From Squalus acanthias (Eukaryota): a DNA stretch of 64,000 nt. The notes below the pieces were generated by a model. It was given only the letters and a program-made list of their open reading frames with translations, was not told the origin of the DNA and ran no database searches. Below are positions 1 to 13,700 of this stretch, piece by piece (positions within the stretch are counted from its first letter, which is position 1; every line of letters starts with the position of its first letter). The stretch covers positions 30,816,001 through 30,880,000 of the forward strand of contig CM059432.1 of the NCBI GenBank assembly GCA_030390025.1, written 5' to 3'. A program made the translations under genes and the position numbers.

Positions 1-1830
1 TCCCTGCGGTACACCACTGGACACAGGCTTCCAGTCACAAAAACAACCTTCGACCATTACCCTCTGCCTTCTGCCACTAAGCCAATTTTGGATCCAATGT
101 GCCAAATTGCCCTGGATCCCATGTGCTCTTACCTTCTTGACCAGTCTCCCATGCGGGACTTTTTCAAAAGCCTTACTGAAGTCCATGTAGACTACATCAA
201 CTGCACTACCCTCATCCACACACCTAGTCACCCCCTCTCAAAATTCAATCAAATTGGTTAGACATGATCTCCCCCTGACAAAGCCATGCTGACTATCTTG
301 ATTAGTCCTTGCCTCTCCAAGTGGAGACTAATTCTGTCCCTCAGAATTTTTTCCAATAATTTCCCTACCACTGATGTTAGGCTCACTAGCCTGTAATTCC
401 CTGGTTTATCCCTACTACCCTTCTTGAATAATGGTACTACGTTAGCTGTCCTCCAGTCCTCTGGCACCTCCCCTGTGGCCAGGGAGATTCTGAAAATTTG
501 TGTCAAAGCCCCTGCAATCTCCTCCTTTGCCTCACACAGCAGCCTGGGATACATCTTTTCTGGGCCTGGGAATTTATCAACTTTTAAGCCCACTAAAACT
601 GCTAGTACCTCCTCCCTCTCAATACTAATTTGTTCAAGTATATCACAATCCCCCTGCCTGATTTCTATGCCTACATCGTCCTTCTCCATAGTGAACACAG
701 ATGCAAAATATTCATTTAAAACCTCATCCACATCTTCCGGCTCTACACACAGATTGCCACTTTGGTCCCTAATGGGCCCTACTCTTTCCCTGTTTATCCT
801 TTTGCCCTTAATATACTTATAAAACACCTTGGGATTTTCCTTTATTTTGCCCGCCAGTGTTTTTTCATGCCCCCTCTTCGCTCTCCTAACTTCTTTTTTA
901 AGTACCCCCCTGCACTTTCTACACTCCTCTAGGGCTTCCACTGTTTTTAGTCCTTTGTATCTGCCAAAAGCCTCCCTTTTTTTCCTAATCCATTCTTGTA
1001 TATCCCTTGACATTCAGGGTTCCCTGGGCTTGTTGGTCCCACCCTTGACCTTTACGGGAACATGTTGGCATTGTACTCTCTCTATTTCCTTTCTGAAAGA
1101 CTCCCACTGCTCTGATGTGGATTTCCCAGTCCACTTTGGCCAGATCCTGCCTTATCATATTAAAATCGGCCTTCCCCCAATTTAGAACCTTTTCCATGAC
1201 TACCTTAAATCTCACCGAATTATGGTCACTGTCACCAAAATGCTCTCCTACTAACACTTCTACCACTTGCCCGGCTACATTCCCTAGAATTAGGTTCAGT
1301 ATTGCCCCCTCTCTTGTAGGACTTTCTACATGCTGGCCCAAAAAGCTTTCCTGGATGCACTTTAAGAATTCCGCACCCTCTAAGCCTTTCACACTCTGAC
1401 TATCCCAGTTAATATTGGGGAAGTTGAAATCCCCTATTATTACCCTATTATTTCTACACTTCTCTGAGATTTGCCTGCCTATCTGTTCCTCTATCTCCCC
1501 CTGACTGTTTGGGGGCCAATAGTACACTCCCAGCAAAGTGCTTGCCCCCTTTTTGTTTTTAAGTTCTACCCATATGGCCTCATTAGAGGAACCTGCTAAG
1601 ATATATTCCCTCCTTACAGCAGTAATTGACTCCTTAATTACACCCCCCTCTGTCTCGCCTGAAGATTCTATACCCCGGAATATTGAGCTGCCAGTCCTGC
1701 CCCTCCCTCAATCATGTCTCTGTGATAGCTACAATATCATACTCCCATGTGATCATCAACACCTTCAATTCATCTGCCTTACTCGCAAGACTCCTTGCAT
1801 TAAAATAAATGCCATCCAGCCTTGCCATAC
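1..1830 (-). pseudogene. CR1 ORF2 (AP endonuclease + reverse transcriptase), frameshifted
   Basis: IIGDFNFP and GDSDHN endonuclease motifs (985-1536); PEDWRTANVVPLFKKG...GNYR (258-1013). Confidence 0.92.
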
Positions 1831-1972
1831 TCCCTTGTGCCATTACATATTTGCTCTGCCTTCCAGGCTGACTTGTTTTTTCCTCTATATTTGGCTGTGC
1901 ATCACCCCCTAATATAGCTCCACTCCGTATCCCATCCCCCTGCCAAGTTAGTTTAAACTCCCCCCGACAGTA

Positions 1973-2875
1973 CTAGCAAACCTCCCCGCAAGGATGTTGG
2001 TCCCGTTCCGGTTCAGGTGCAACCCGTCCGACTTGTACAGGTCCCACCTTCCCCAGAAGCAGACCCAGGAAACTAATGCCCTCCCTCCTGCACCAACTCT
2101 TTAGCCACGCATTCATCTGCTCTATCCTCCTATTCCTATACTCACTAGCACATGGCACCGTGAATAATCCAGAGATTACAACCTTTGATGTCCTGCTTTT
2201 TAATCTGCTACCTAGCTCCCTAAATTCTTGTTGCAGGACCTCATCCCTCTTTCTACCTATGTCGTCGGTACCAATGTGAACCACGACCTCTGACTGTTCG
2301 CCCTCCCCCTTCAGAATGCCCTGCAGCCATTCAGTGACATCCTTGACCCTGGCACCAGGGAGGCAACATGCCATACTGGAGTCACGTCTGCAGCCACAGA
2401 AACATCTATCCGTTCCCCTTACGATAGAATCCCCTATCACTATTGCTCTCCCACTCTTTTTCCTCCCCTCCTGTGCAGCTGAGCCACTCGTAGTGCCACG
2501 GACTTGGCTCTTGCTGCATTTCCCTGAGAAACCATCTCCCCCAGCAGTATCCAAAACGGAAAATCTGTTGGAGAGGGAGATGGACCCAGGGGACTCCTGC
2601 ACTACCTTCCTAGTTCTTTTACTCTGTCTGGCGGTCACTCATTCCCTGTCTGCCTGTGCACTCTTTACCTTGTTAAACGTGCTATCCATGAAGATCTCAG
2701 CTTCGCGGATGCTCCACAGTGACTCCAGCCGCAGCTCCAGCTCTGAAACGCGGATTTTGAGTAGCTGCAGCTGGAGACACTTCCTGCACATGTGTTCGCC
2801 CTGGACACCGAAAGTGTCCCTAACTTCCCACATAGTACAGGAGGAGCACTCCACGGTGCCGAGCTGCCCTGCCAT
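1973..2875 (-). pseudogene. CR1 ORF1 (zinc finger/leucine zipper + SGNH esterase), disrupted
   Basis: CSSC...CRKC plus leucine heptads (2639-2875); in-frame stop near 2639; VIGDSIVRG, CLPGA and VHIGTDD esterase motifs; frameshift near the end. Confidence 0.9.
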
Positions 2876-3242
2876 GTCCTACCCTTAATTTACTCCCTTT
2901 ACTTCCTTTGAATTAAAGAATATTAAATACACTAGGGACCTTACTTCCCTTTAAATACCACTTACTCTAAACTAGAGACCTTACTTTTACTTCAACGACT
3001 GGACTGTAGAAATACTCACCAGGTCCTACTTACCAATCAGCTCCTTCCCTGGTTGTGACATCACTTTAGCGGTTTTGCAGTTGTTGTTGTTTGACAGCTC
3101 CCACTCCCGGACTCTTTCCCAACTCGCAGCATTCCGGTGTTGGGCCTCCATTGCAGCGCTCTTTTTTGGCCAATCCACCTTCTCTCAGGTCCCGCTGCTG
3201 CTCCGGTGGTTGGGATCCCGCTCTGAACCCGCCTTTGTGTTA

Positions 3243-4928
3243 GTTTCCCAAGTGTGGGGTCTGCCTGCGCTTTGCAGACCCGGCACTAAGCGGCGGGTCA
3301 GCCAATTGAGATAGTTAAGAGGGCCTTTAAAGGTAGTTTAACAGCATTTTACCACCTTCTAGCCATTTATCCAACTTTTCCACAAGGTTTCCATTGCTCG
3401 GGGATCTCGTCAGGTAAGTGTGTCGGGTTCTCTATGACTCTTCCATTGCTGTGAATAGGTGACAGCTGCAAAAGTGGTATAAAAGCTACCATTTCACAGC
3501 TGTTCACTTTCCAATGTCAGAAGCTTGGGCCTTCAGGATTTGGAGGACACTTTTGAGCTGTATGCAGTTTGGAAGTGTTTGGAGTAAACTCTCTATCCAC
3601 TGTCACCTCCTTGGAGCAACCTATCACACCATTGACAGATCGCTTCTGTCATCTCAACTTCAGCTGCCATCTATTCCAGCAGCATCGGTACCCTTGAAAA
3701 AATCTCACCTTGCTCCTCAGAATCCCTCCATGATCAGCCCCAACACCAACATCACCAGGCACATCAGCAGCACCAACAACAACACCAACCTTCTCCACAA
3801 TCACCTGATGCTGCACAGGACACAGGACATCAGCACCCAAGCACATTGCTGCCCGGGATGCCAGCGATGGCCTCACCATGGCCAGATTTACTTCACTTGA
3901 CGCTGTACACCCTGGCTGCCATATGATGCACCAGGTTGGCACCACCCACACCAGCACCATAAAGCATCCCTACAATGTCCAAGCCATCACCACTGGGAGG
4001 TGGGCGGGGGGCGGGGAGGGACGTTATGTCTCACCATTCACTGGAACTCACTAAGACACTTCCAAAGATGCACACAAATCTGTCCAAAATAAAGGTTAAT
4101 TCTGTTAAAAATAAAGGTTTCAATGTTTGTCACCACAGTAACAGAAACTTTACATGAACATTGGCTAAAACATCCAAGTGCCTATCCTTGTGTGTTGTTC
4201 ATTGGTATGATTTGACAAGGATGAGGGTGAGTGTGAGGGGTGGCTAGTGAGATGGGAATGTGATAATGTAGATAGAGAGGGATGGATGGAGGTGCAAGGT
4301 AAGTTGGTGTGAGTAAGGATGTGCAGGAGTAGGGTAGAGAAGGCAGAGTGATGGGGATGTGATGAGAGGCACAGCAGGATGATGTTGAGTATGGCTTTGC
4401 AGTAACGTTTCGTGATCTACTGAGATCATTGAAAGGTTTGTGCCAATGCAGCCTGGTCCTCCGGATGACATTCCTGCTTGTGTCCTCTTGTGCATTGTGC
4501 AACCAGGCTGCATTGGTGTCGTGGGTAGGTGTCTTCCGCCCATTGGAAGGGAAGAGAACCTCCCTGCGTGCTGTGACTCCCTTCATAAGCAAATGGAGGG
4601 AGTCATGGGAGAGCCTGGGTGCAGCCATCCACCTTTGTGCAGTGCTTGTCAGTGTTTGCAGCACCTCAATGCTGCAGTACACTGGCAGCAGAACTGTCAA
4701 AATGAATGTGGACATGGTCCCTTTAAGGATACCGGCTGATGATGCGTCATCAAATGATGTCATCAGAACCACTTCCTTTTAATTGGCTGGGAACCTTCGC
4801 AGGGCGGGCTTAACAAGCCCTATTAAAGTAAAATCATGTCAGAGGCTGGGATCCAGACAGCTGCAGGGTCGACACCCACCACGGGCATCGCCCGCCACAG
4901 ACCCGCCGAGGTTGGTAAAATCCAGCCC
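3243..4928. mobile_element. Non-autonomous Harbinger derivative (putative transposase 5' remnant on +, Myb remnant on -); left end cut by the CR1
   Basis: Terminus AAAATCCAGCCC at 4917-4928; Myb-like residue REVLFPSNGRK; reverse-complement homologue at 38369-39787. Confidence 0.7.
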
Positions 4929-4929
4929 A

Positions 4930-5087
4930 ACGTTTCAGGTCGATAACGTTTTGTCAGAACTGGAAAAAGTTAAAGATGTAACAGGTTTTAAGTAAGTACA
5001 GAGGCAGGGAAAGGGGGGAGAGGAGGAAAGAACAAAAGGGAAGGTCTGTGATAGGATGGAAGGCAGAAGAGATTAAATGACAAAAGA
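4930..5087 (-). mobile_element. Penelope-like element 3' end fragment
   Basis: Minus strand reads CTGACAAAACGTTATCGACCTGAAACG; same family as 21935-22052 and 52278-52368. Confidence 0.55.
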
Positions 5088-5261
5088 ACCCCAGTTGTGT
5101 TTGTTTCATAAGACTATCTATAAATACTCATATTAAATGCTGTTGATTGTACTTGAGAGTGCATGTGTGTGTAGAGTGAGTAATAGATGACCCATCAGAC
5201 TATTAATTTTATTGGATATATTTAAAATATAAATGTATCTTACATAACTAGTAATGATAAC

Positions 5262-5608
5262 TGGTGGGCAGAGGAAACGCTTCAAGGACACCCTCAAAGC
5301 CTCCTTGAAAAAGTGCAACATCTCCACCGACACCTGGGAATCCCTGGCCCAAGACCGCATAAAGTGGCGGAGAAGCATCCGGAAAGGCACCGAAACACCT
5401 CGAGTCTCTTCGCCGGGAGCAAGCGAAAGCCAAGCGCAAGGAGCGCACGTCAACCCAAGCACTCCACCCACCCGCCCCTTCAACCACTGTCTGCCCCACC
5501 TGTGACAGAGACTGTAGGTCCTGCATTGGACTCCTCAGTCACCTGAGAACTCATTTTAATGTGGAAGCAAGTTATCCTCGGCTCTGAGGGACTACCGAAG
5601 AAGAAGAA
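5262..5608 (+). mobile_element. RTE-clade LINE 3' end
   Basis: GGQRKRFKDTLKASLKKC...DRIKWR, then a frameshifted C2H2-like CPTCDRDC...SHLRTH; (AAG)n tail. Confidence 0.8.
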
Positions 5609-5619
5609 TGATAACTACT

Positions 5620-5990
5620 GCTTAAGGAATAGGGAAGATTTAATGAAAGCTATGAAAGGGCTTGAGCGGGTAAGTAGTTAACGATTATTTCCACTGTTTA
5701 GTGAATCAGTAACAAGGGGCTGTAAATCTAAGATTAGAATGAAATAATAAAGGGGAAGGTTAGAAGAATTGTTTTTGCAAAACAGGTTATTAGATTATGG
5801 AATACAACACAAGAAGTTGTTGAAACTAAGTCAATCAAAGTGTTTAAGAGTAAGTTAGACAAACGCTTTAGGAAGAAAAAGATTAAAGAAAGGGGGTGGG
5901 ATCTGGAAAATCCAATCGAGAAGATAGCTCTAGTAGCCTGGCACAAATATAATGGGCCAAATGGCTGAGATTTCTATAATTCTATGATAA
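5620..5990 (+). mobile_element. Old CR1 3' fragment
   Basis: Decayed similarity to the CR1 3' ends elsewhere in the window; TTCTAT-type tail at about 5971-5986. Confidence 0.6.
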
Positions 5991-6149
5991 TACTTCAATA
6001 AGAGGCAATTAAATACATGTCTGAAGGGACAAGGGATTGAGGGATATGGTGAAGAGGCAGAAAGGTTAATCTATCAAAAAGAATTCTTGGGCCCTTTCCT
6101 AAGTTCTTATATAATGTTCTCACATTCTAAATCAACACCTGAACCGTGC

Positions 6150-9100
6150 TGCGACCAGTGTTCTGGTGAGTCGTATAACTGGGGCGGTAGAGAGGGCTTT
6201 AAATTAAATATTGGGGGCATGGGATCAAATTTGGGAAGATGTGGTAATTCAAAGATTAGAGACAAGGCAATAGAGAAAAGTATTAATATGGGAAATGATA
6301 AACAGACCGTGACAGGAAGGGATAGAGAGTACAAATCTAAGAGTAAATCAACAGATAAGGCTAGAGGTTACAAAAATAATAAAAGGACAAAACTAAAGGC
6401 TCTGCATCTGAATGCACGTAGCATTCGAAATAAAACAGATGAACTCATAGCGCAAATAGAAATAAATAAATATGATCTAATAGCCATTACAGAAACATGG
6501 CTTCAGGATGACATAGATTGGGACCTGAATATTGAAGGGTACATGACATTTAGGAAGGACAGGAAGATGGGAAAAGTTGGAGGGGTGGCTCTGTTAATTA
6601 ATGATGGTATTAGTACAATAGAGAGGGATGACCTAAGTTCAGGAAACCAGGCTATAGAAGTGGTTTGGGTAGAGATGAGAAATAATAAAGGCAAGAAGTC
6701 ACTTGTGGGAGTGGTGTATAGGCCCCCTAACAGTAACAACATGGTAGGATGGAGTATAAAGGAAGAAATAATGGGAGCTTGTCAGAAGGGTACGGCAATA
6801 ATCATAGGGGATTTTAATCTGCATATAGACTGGAAAAATCAGATGGGCAAAGGTAGCATAGATGAGGAGTTCATGGAATGTTTTCAGGATAGTTTCTGAC
6901 AACAGCACGTTCTGGAGCCAACCAGAGAGCAGGCTATACTAGGCCTGGTATTGTGCAACGAGATAGGATTAATTAATGGCCTCATAGTGAAGGCGCCCCT
7001 AGGTAGCAGCGATCATAATATGATTGAATTTTACATTCAGTTTGAGAGAGAAGAGTGGATCTAAGACTAGTATTTTAAACTTAAATAAGGGCAATTATGA
7101 GGGCATGAAAGCAGAGCTAGCTAAAGTGAACTGGCAAATTAGGTTAAGGGATAGGTCAATAGAGTTGCAGTGGCAGACATTTAAGGGAATATTTCAAAAT
7201 ACACAGAATATATACATTCCAACAAGAAAGAAAAATTCCAAGGGGAGGACCCACCATCCATGGTTAACTAAAAAAGTTAAAGATAGTATTAAGCTTAAAG
7301 AAAAAGCATATAATTGCGCAAAGATGGGTGGCAGGTCAGAAGATTGGACAGAATATAAAAAACAGCAAAGAATGACTAAAAGATTAATAAGGAGAGAAAA
7401 ATTAAAGTACGAGAGAAAGCTAGCTAGAAATATAAAAACAGATAGTAAGAGTTTCGATAGATATTTAAAAAAGAAAAGAGTTAACAAAGTGAGCGTTGGT
7501 CCTATAAAAAGTGAGTCTGGGGAATTAATAATGGAAAATAAGGAGATGGCAGTTGAATTGAACAGGTATTTTGCATCGGTCTTCACTATAGAGGATACAA
7601 GTAACATCCCAGAAATAGCTGTAAATCAGGAAATGGATGGGAGGGAGGAACTCAAGAAAATTATAATCACCAGGGAAGTGGTACTGAGCAAATTGTTGGA
7701 GCTGCAGGCTGACAAGTCCCCGGGTCCTAATGGACTTCATCCTAGGATCTTAAAAGAAATGGCTAGTGAGATAGTTGATGTGTTGGTTTTAATTTTCCAA
7801 AATTCCCTAGATTCGGGGAAGGTTCCATTAGATTGGAAAATAGCGAATGTAACTCCTTTATTCAAAAAGGGAGGGAGACAGAAAGCAGGAAACTACAGGC
7901 CAGTTAGCTTAACATCTGTCATAGGGAAGATGTTAGAAGCTATTATTAAAAATGTTATAGCAGGGCACTTAGAAAAGTTCAAAGTAATCAGGCAGAGTCA
8001 ACATGGCTTTGTGCAAGGGAAATCATGTTTAACCAATTTATTGGAGTTCTTTGAGTAAGTAACATGTGCTGTGGATAAAGGGGAACCAGTGGATGTACTG
8101 TACTTAGATTTCCAGAAGGCATTTGATAAGATGCCACATCAAAGGTTATTGTGGAAAATAAAAGCTCATGGTGTAGGGGGTAACATATTGGCATGGATAG
8201 AAGATTGGCTAGCTAACAGGAAACAGAGGAGGCATAAATGGGTCATTTTCTGATTGGCAAGATGTAACGAGTGGTGTGCCACAGGGATCAGTGCTGGGGC
8301 CTCAACTTTTTACAATTTATATAAATGACTTGGATGAAGGAACCGAAGGTATGGTTGCTAAATTTGCTGATGACACAAAGATAGGTAGGAAAGTAAATTG
8401 TGAAGAGGACATAAGGAGGCTTAAAAAGGGATATAGATAGTTTAAGTGAGTGGGCAAAGATCTGGCAAATGGAGTATAATGTGGGAAAATGTGAAGTTGT
8501 CCATTTTGGCAGGAAGAATAAAAAAGAAGCATATTATCTAAATTATGAGATATTGCAGAGCTCTGAGATGCAGAGGGATCTGGGTGTCCTAGTGCATGAA
8601 TCGCAAAAGGTTACTATGCAAGTACAGCAAGTAATTAGGAAAGCTAATAGAATGTTATCGTTTATTGTGAGGGGAATTGAATACAAAAGTAGGGAGGTTA
8701 TGCTTCAGTTATACAGGGTATTGGTGAGACCACATCTGGAGTACTGTGTACAGTATTGGTCTCCTTATTTAAGGAAGGATGTAAATGCGTTAGAAGCAGT
8801 TCAGAGAAGGTTTACTAGACTAATACCTGGAATGGGCGGGTTGTCTTATTAGGAAAGGTTTGACAGGCTAGGCTTGTATCCGCTGGAGTTTAGAAGAGTA
8901 AGAGGTGACTTGATTGAAACATATAAGATCCTGAGAGGTCTGGACAGGGTGGATGTGGAGAGGATGTTTCCTCTTGTGGGAGAATCTAGAACTAGGGGTC
9001 ACTGTTTAAAAATAAGGGGTCGCCCATTTAAGACAGAGATGAGGAGAAATTTTTTCTCACAGAGGGTCGTGAGTCTTTGGAACTCTCTTCCTCAGAGGGC

Positions 9101-9294
9101 GGTGGAAGCGGAGTCTTTGAATATTTTTAAGGCAGAGGTAGATAGCTTCTAGGTAAGCAAGGGGGTGAAAGGTTATCGGGGGTAGGCGGGAATGTGGAGT
9201 AATCAGATCAGCCATGATCTTATTGAATGGCGGAGCAGGCTCGAAGGGCCGAGTGGCCTACTCCTGCTCCTAATTCGTATGTTCGTATGTTCGT
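6150..9294 (+). mobile_element. 5'-truncated CR1 LINE with nearly complete but disrupted ORF2
   Basis: [46 protein letters not shown]; stops at 6897, 8056, 8850 and 9150 plus frameshifts; (TTCGTATG)n tail. Confidence 0.95.
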
Positions 9295-9344
9295 AGATCC
9301 TTAGGTTGGCTTTCCTTTGGGAACTGAGACAGTTACTGATTGCA

Positions 9345-9920
9345 GCAGTAACTTACTTTTATATATTGCCCTTAACATAATTAATTCTTCAAAAAAAATC
9401 CAACATTAAGCAATGATTGGGAGAAAAGTTAGGGGACGTAGCAGAAGGTGAGGCTGATGAGGTATGTTTTGAGGATCCTTTTAAATATGGTGAGAGATGT
9501 AGCAAGACGGATGGGTATAGAAAGAGAATTCTAGGATACAAGGCCACGATGGCTGAAGGGTCTGGTACTGATTGTGGAAAGAGAGAGAGATGGGGCACAC
9601 AAAATAATTGAGACTCAGAAACTCAGGGGGTGTAGAGCTGGAGGACGAGCACAAATTTGGAAGGATTTGTAGATTAGGATGAGAATTTTGACGTCAATGA
9701 GTTGAGGAAGGTAAAATCAGTGGAAGTAGCAATGACAGAGGTTATAGGCAAGTGGGACCCATTATGGAATAGGATGCAGAGTTTTGGATGAATTGGAGGT
9801 TATGTAAGATTCAACTCAGGTGGCTGCTGACGATAGCACTGGGGAAATCGAGCCTGTAGGTTACAAAAGCATTGGTTGAGGTCTTTAGCATTGGTAGGGA
9901 TGAGATACGAATGGAGTCAG
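9345..9920 (-). mobile_element. Decayed L2 LINE 3' fragment
   Basis: Collinear similarity to the better preserved L2 end at 55684-56215. Confidence 0.6.
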
Positions 9921-10637
9921 GCAGAAGTAATTGGTTTAGACTGCAAAGAAAGATTCAACTGTTGTTATACTTTTAAGATTTTTTTGCCCTCGCAGGCAGC
10001 AAAGGTCGGGAAATCGTAGGCCCACAGCTCATCAATAACAGATGGAAAAATCATGGGCTCTGGGCCTCCTGATGGAAGCACATTGTAACAATTACACTCC
10101 AAGGTTTTTCATGTTATTCTTTGACGGAATATTCTAGAGGGTCTGAAAATAAAATCAGCTAGTTATTATCACACCGATACGAGTGTTTATTCGGACATAA
10201 CAGTGCCTAGGTCACACAACTCAGGACAAATACACTACACAACATATTTAGATGAAGATTTGTTCATAATCCTCTGTGAACCCCAAAGAGGAAGCAAGAC
10301 AATGTTTTGAATTTGGATTTACAACTTTACACCGTTATTAATGTCAGCTTACTCAAGTATTGGTCATAATGATAAGATCAGCCCACCTTGCTTTTTATCT
10401 TGTTTTCAAATACCAGATAGCTTTAATTGAGAAATCTAGGTTAAGACCAAGTTCTGTAATGCATGACATCACCAGGGTTAAAAAGAGTAGGAAAGAAAAT
10501 GAGGCGAATCAGTTCAGTGACCTCAAGCTTGGGTTTTAAAAGAGTGTAGATTGTAGGAGGAAGGGAAGGCTGAGAAAGATAAGGAGTTCTACAGTTTTGC
10601 AGTTCTAGCAAAGAGTGAGTTAGAGTAGGAGTCTTCA

Positions 10638-10776
10638 GGGTAAATTTAACCAAATGCGATGGGCAGGAAGCGGGTTCGGGTCAGCCTCTAATTGAAGTCA
10701 ATGAAGAGTAAAATTGGACGGTGTCCAACCTGAACCTGCCCGTTTCCTGCCCGATGGGTTAGGTTAAAATTATCCC
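10638..10776. mobile_element. Short MITE with Harbinger-like ends
   Basis: GGGTAAATTTAACC...GGTTAAAATTATCCC ends; internal inverted GGGCAGGAAGCGGG / CCCGTTTCCTGCCC. Confidence 0.6.
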
Positions 10777-11468
10777 CTTGGTTTCAACACAGTGAGAACA
10801 AAGAGAGGAGGAAAAGTGTGAAAGATGGTGCATTTGGAGATTAGTAGGAACAGGAGAGGAACGTTCATAGAAATCATGAGATCTCCAACCTGAGGCATTA
10901 GGAACATCATAAACACACTTTTGAATACATTTCCAATGTCACTACTGCACAATGATTGGAGCAACTTTCCCTCGTGCTGTGCATTTCTGGCATTTTGCTG
11001 TTATATCACTTCGTAAATTTAAGCCATTTAAATTCATATTGAATTCTTTTTAAAAATTGGATACTAAAATCTGAAATTCAGATGATGTCAGTGTTGTAAC
11101 AATTTCTTTTGGTGTAGGGAATTAAAACAAATAAAAATGTTTATGCTAACTTTTAGTCCCCTCTTGCTACTAACCAGAGAAACTCCCAGTGAGATGCGAA
11201 GATATGGGGGTACTTTGGGGATAGGGTGAAAACAGGCACTAAGTAGGTGATGTGCTAATAAGATACGCCTGTTTAAAAGTCTGGTTTTAGCCTGCAATTT
11301 GGGGCTAATTGCTGATTAGCATGATTTAAACGTGCCTGGAGGCATTAAACCGGAGACCTGCATGTTCAGCACTCAAGCACTGATTAGGAGCAATTTTCAT
11401 GAAGTGGTATCTGTCGCCTCCACGCACGTACTTCCACTGAAGATGTGGAGTACGTTGGCTGATAGACA

Positions 11469-13160
11469 ATGGCAAAAATCAGGAGGGCTCAGGGACCGAG
11501 GGAGAGGGTTTCATGGACATGGTACTGGAGGTCCTGGTGGAGGACGTACAGAGGAGGAGGGATGTCCTGCACTCGCAGGGGGAAGGAGGCCACAGAGACA
11601 AATATTGCGGCGGATGTGGGAGGGGATTGCTGAGGAGGTCACAGCCAGGAGCCCTGTCCCCAGGACAGGCCCCAGTGCCGGAAAAAATTTAACAATTTGA
11701 CATGAGTGGTCAAGGTAAGATCTCATTTCACAAACACTAAATAACTGCACCACCACCAGAATCACAACCTCAACACTGCATCCACTATCTAACTATACAC
11801 TTACATTCTCACACCCTACACTATTGCATCCTTCACAGGCACTACTCACACCTCAGACACATCTCACAGCTCTTCAACTAATGTGAGGCATCTCACACAC
11901 ATACAAACATATCTGACAATACACTCATTCACAATCACCACTCTTTCTCTTCCAGGACAAGATAGCACATAACAGGCAGCAGCAGAACTTGACTGGGGGA
12001 GGAGATGCATGACTGCATGAGATCACTCCCCTTGAGGAAGTAGTGCTGGTGCTGATCAGGGGATTGGAAGATGCCGTGGCCACAGGCAGAGCAGGAGACA
12101 TCTCATCTATAGGTATGTAACCACTCCAGCTTCCTTCCATATCCACAACTATTCCTGATCCCTAATCCCCCAAACCTATCCTCACTCACAAGCTCCATAT
12201 GGTCTCATCACGCACATCCTCCTATCGTGGCCACACGTGCTACACCCTAACCCTTCTAGATTTATCATTGCAGGCACCCAGGAGCAAGATCCACCTCGCT
12301 CCCCGGAGGAACTGGAAGAGGAGCAAGAGCCACCTCACCTCCCGGAGGAGGAGGAAGAGGAGGAGGAAAACAAGGAAGGCGGCACTGCATCACTGTCGCA
12401 GGCACCAGCTCAGAGACCAGCACCACGCATAACTTCAAGGCTAGTGTAGAACACGGATCCCCATAGTGGGACACACTGGGCACAAGTGGGCAGCTGCCAC
12501 TCCGGGTGGAAGGGAGACCACAGGTGCCACCTTGCTGGGGGGCAAGGTCGCATACTAGTTCTGCTATAGAGGAGTCCGATGAGGACCTCGCAGGGCCAAG
12601 CTTCAGAAGAAGGCTGATGGGTTTAAAAAACCAAATGCTTGGTGCATTGAACAGTCTCCCTGAAAGCCTACGGATCGTGGTTAGAGGGATGGAGGAGTTT
12701 TCACTTCAGTCATTGCAGCTTCCATGGAATGACAAAGTGCTGCAATGGAAGCTCAGGCAGCTGCCATGGTGGTGCTTGGCTCCTTGGTTGAAAGGAGCTT
12801 GCAGGGTGTCTCAGCAGCCCAAAAATTTGTCCTTCAGCAGATCAGTGGGCTGGCTGGAGGAAGTGGCATGTGAATCATGGAGCAGGAACCTACTGCCTCT
12901 CTCCGGATGGCAGCATTGCTGCTCACCATTGCCCACGCAATTGCCTGTCAACCAGGCAGCCCGGACTGCTTAAGCTCATGCTGAGATGGTGCAGTCTGAG
13001 GCGGGGCCATCAGGGCCTTCAGCCTCTTGAGGGCGTCCCAGATTCTCAGCAGCCGTCCGCCTTGCGTGCTGCAGCCACTCAGGTTGCACTTCATAGAAGC
13101 ATCAGAGTAGGCAGGAGTACTTATAGGATAGCCACTAAGGGTAAGCACGAGGGTGAATAG
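11469..13160 (+). pseudogene. Harbinger Myb/SANT gene remnant, 3 exons (about 11469-11714, 11956-12112, 12274-13160)
   Basis: RRMWEGIAEEVTARSPVPRT in exon 1; exon 2 DKIAHNRQQQNLTGGG then TGA; GT/AG introns at positions homologous to the intact copy. Confidence 0.8.
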
Positions 13161-13396
13161 TTTAATATTTGTGAGTGCTGTTGGTTATGTCATGTTTTCA
13201 TTAATAAAGAGTGATTATGGTAATTGTGTAGTGCTCGAATTGTTGATCATTTTTATTGTGTTCTTCATGGGGAAGGGGATGAAAGGATTGAGTACAGATG
13301 GTGGACTTCTTGATGGATCCTCAGTCGCGGAAGGTAAGTCATGTGGCAGCAGTGCTCCGAAGTTTGATGGTGGAGGACGTCTCTCAAAAGTAATCT

Positions 13397-13700
13397 TCAA
13401 TTAGATGGCGGTGAGCATCCTCCTCCGGTGCTCCCCCGGTCCTCCTCCTCTTCAACCTCCTCCCCCTCCTCCTCCTCTTGTGGCTCCTCAGTTTGACCGT
13501 CTGGCACAATTGCTGATGGTAACGGCTGGTCTCTCATGATCACCAGATTGTGGAACATGCAACAAGTCACCACGAATCTGGAACCCTCCTTGCCCTCCTG
13601 TCCCTCCTCTTCCTCTCTCCTCCAGCAGCTGGTACTGCTCTGCCTGGCCTCATCTCCTCCTCCCAATATCCTCGTCCAGACCAAGGAGGACCCCTAGCAA
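13397..13700 (-). pseudogene. Harbinger transposase remnant lacking the DDE core
   Basis: FVVTCCMFHNL plus acidic tail (compare FVVVCCMLHNM in the intact transposase); no DCxH or GDxGY upstream. Confidence 0.75.

Larger units (their letters stand above)
1..3240 (-). mobile_element. CR1 LINE with 5' UTR, ORF1 and 5' part of ORF2; continues beyond the window start
   Basis: ORF1 zinc-finger/leucine-zipper and esterase, followed by endonuclease and RT fragments in CR1 order on the minus strand. Confidence 0.95.
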
